A stretch of 27,179 nt of DNA from Nitrospinota bacterium. GTDB lineage: Bacteria > UBA8248. Position numbers and translations under genes: made by a program. Location of the stretch: positions 1 to 27,179 of the forward strand of contig JAYGFR010000078.1 in assembly GCA_046581755.1 (NCBI GenBank), given 5' to 3'. Positions 25,981-27,179 of this stretch are shown here, in pieces. Within the stretch, counting starts at the first letter, position 1. Every line of letters starts with the position of its first letter. The notes under the pieces were generated by a model, which was not told the origin of the DNA, made no database searches, and worked only from the letters and a program-made list of their open reading frames with translations.

Positions 25981-27099
25981 TCAGGTCTCGTCGCCAAACG
26001 AAATCCCGATGGATCGGGCCACTTGCACGAAATCGTTGTCGGGCGAAACCAGGCGTTGGCCCTCAGCGGCATCGACCATGGGAACCGTTTTAATCGCGCC
26101 TTTTCGCAAGGCCACCAACTGGCCGAATTCTCCGTTGATAGCGCAACGAGCGGCATGAACTCCGAAGCGCGTAGAAAGATTCCGATCGTATGTCGATGGA
26201 ATTCCGCCTCTTTGGATGTGCCCAAGAACGGTCACTCGCGTTTCAATGTCCGTTTTCTCTTCCAAAAGATTCCCGATAACATTCCCGATTCCGCCGAGGC
26301 GGCGAGTTTCCGTCGGATCGTCCACGATTTTTTTGACGGCAACATCGCCGTTTTTGGAGAAGGCGCCTTCCGCGACCACGATAATGCTGAAATTTTTTCC
26401 GGCTGAGCGATCCGCCCGGATATTGGCGACGATCGCATCGATGGAAAAAGGAATTTCCGGAATGAGGATGACATCGGCCCCTCCAGCCAGCCCCGAGAAG
26501 AGCGCAATCCAGCCGGCATTCCGGCCCATGACCTCGACCACCATGAGGCGGCCGTGGCTTTCCGCGGTGGTCCGGATCCGGTCGATGGCTTCGGTGGCGA
26601 CTCCCACCGCCGTATCGAAACCGAAAGTCACATCGGTGGCGAGGAGGTCGTTGTCGATGGATTTAGGAACGCAAATCGCCGGGAGGCCTTTCTGAAAAAG
26701 CCGATGGGTGATCTTCAATGTCCCATCGCCTCCGATGGCGATGAGCCCATCCAGCCCGGATTTTCGGAAATTGGTCATCACGGTTTCCGAAACATCCACG
26801 GGCCGCCGCTCACCGTCGATGGTCATCATGAACTGAAACGGATTGTCCCGGTTCGAGCTTCCCAGAATGGTTCCGCCATATTGCAAAAGATGGTCCACTT
26901 TCGAAGAATCCAGCTCGGTGAATTGATTGTGAATCAAACCGCTGAAAGCGTTTTGAATACCCTGGACGCGGATTCCCTCCCGCTCCGCCGTTAGGACGAC
27001 GGCGCGAATTACGGCATTCAGGCCAGGACAATCGCCTCCGCCCGTCAATATTCCCAAAGTGCGCACGGTTCCTATTTTTCCATTTGAATCAACGTACAC
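25981..27099 (-). CDS. pfkA: 6-phosphofructokinase (group III type; GGDG / PKSIDND); start 27099 or 27066
   Basis: GILTGGGDCPGLNAVIR, GGTILGSS, IGGDGT, PKSIDND, EVMGRNAGWIA, LGHIQRGG. Confidence 0.95.
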   Translation of the reverse strand: MYVDSNGKIGTVRTLGILTGGGDCPGLNAVIRAVVLTAEREGIRVQGIQNAFSGLIHNQFTELDSSKVDHLLQYGGTILGSSNRDNPFQFMMTIDGERRPVDVSETVMTNFRKSGLDGLIAIGGDGTLKITHRLFQKGLPAICVPKSIDNDLLATDVTFGFDTAVGVATEAIDRIRTTAESHGRLMVVEVMGRNAGWIALFSGLAGGADVILIPEIPFSIDAIVANIRADRSAGKNFSIIVVAEGAFSKNGDVAVKKIVDDPTETRRLGGIGNVIGNLLEEKTDIETRVTVLGHIQRGGIPSTYDRNLSTRFGVHAARCAINGEFGQLVALRKGAIKTVPMVDAAEGQRLVSPDNDFVQVARSIGISFGDET

Positions 27100-27179
27100 C
27101 GCTCGTCCTCACAGTGAAGCGATAAAAACACAGTGCATCAAGAAAGCCCAAGAATAATGGCAATGCGATTAAAAAAATC

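Noticed and set aside
1345..27031. Many long antisense or alternate-frame ORFs (e.g. 1345-2148 +, 3331-4410 -, 6594-7817 +, 13968-14987 -, 18988-19932 -, 25540-26406 +)
   Set aside because: They overlap well-supported genes and have no recognisable motifs; shadow ORFs are expected in GC-rich DNA.

Overview
GC-rich bacterial chromosomal window with about 27 protein-coding genes. I found no rRNA, tRNA, CRISPR array or transposase/integrase. From left to right it holds: the 3' part of an AcrB-type RND permease; a minus-strand catabolic/uptake cluster (GlcG-like heme protein, MBL-fold hydrolase with an apparent +1 frameshift in a C9 tract, tctCBA-type tripartite tricarboxylate transporter, Gfo/Idh/MocA oxidoreductase, RutD-like alpha/beta hydrolase); an inositol-monophosphatase-family gene; methyltransferase-queG-alpha/beta hydrolase; TVP38/DedA, PilZ, AEC transporter, methylmalonyl-CoA-epimerase-like and cold-shock genes; a luciferase-like monooxygenase; a 2-hydroxyacid dehydrogenase divergent from a CysL-like LysR regulator; lipoprotein-class II cytochrome c-lipoprotein; and an unusual pfkA-gatA-(divergent isocitrate/isopropylmalate dehydrogenase)-gatB run with no adjacent gatC. 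The most notable unexplained structures are a ~50-bp direct repeat bracketing the monooxygenase gene, a candidate multi-stem cis-regulatory RNA in that gene's leader, a terminator-containing csp leader, the homopolymer frameshift, and the dehydrogenase inside the gat cluster. All calls come from reading the sequence by eye; no searches or folding programs were run.
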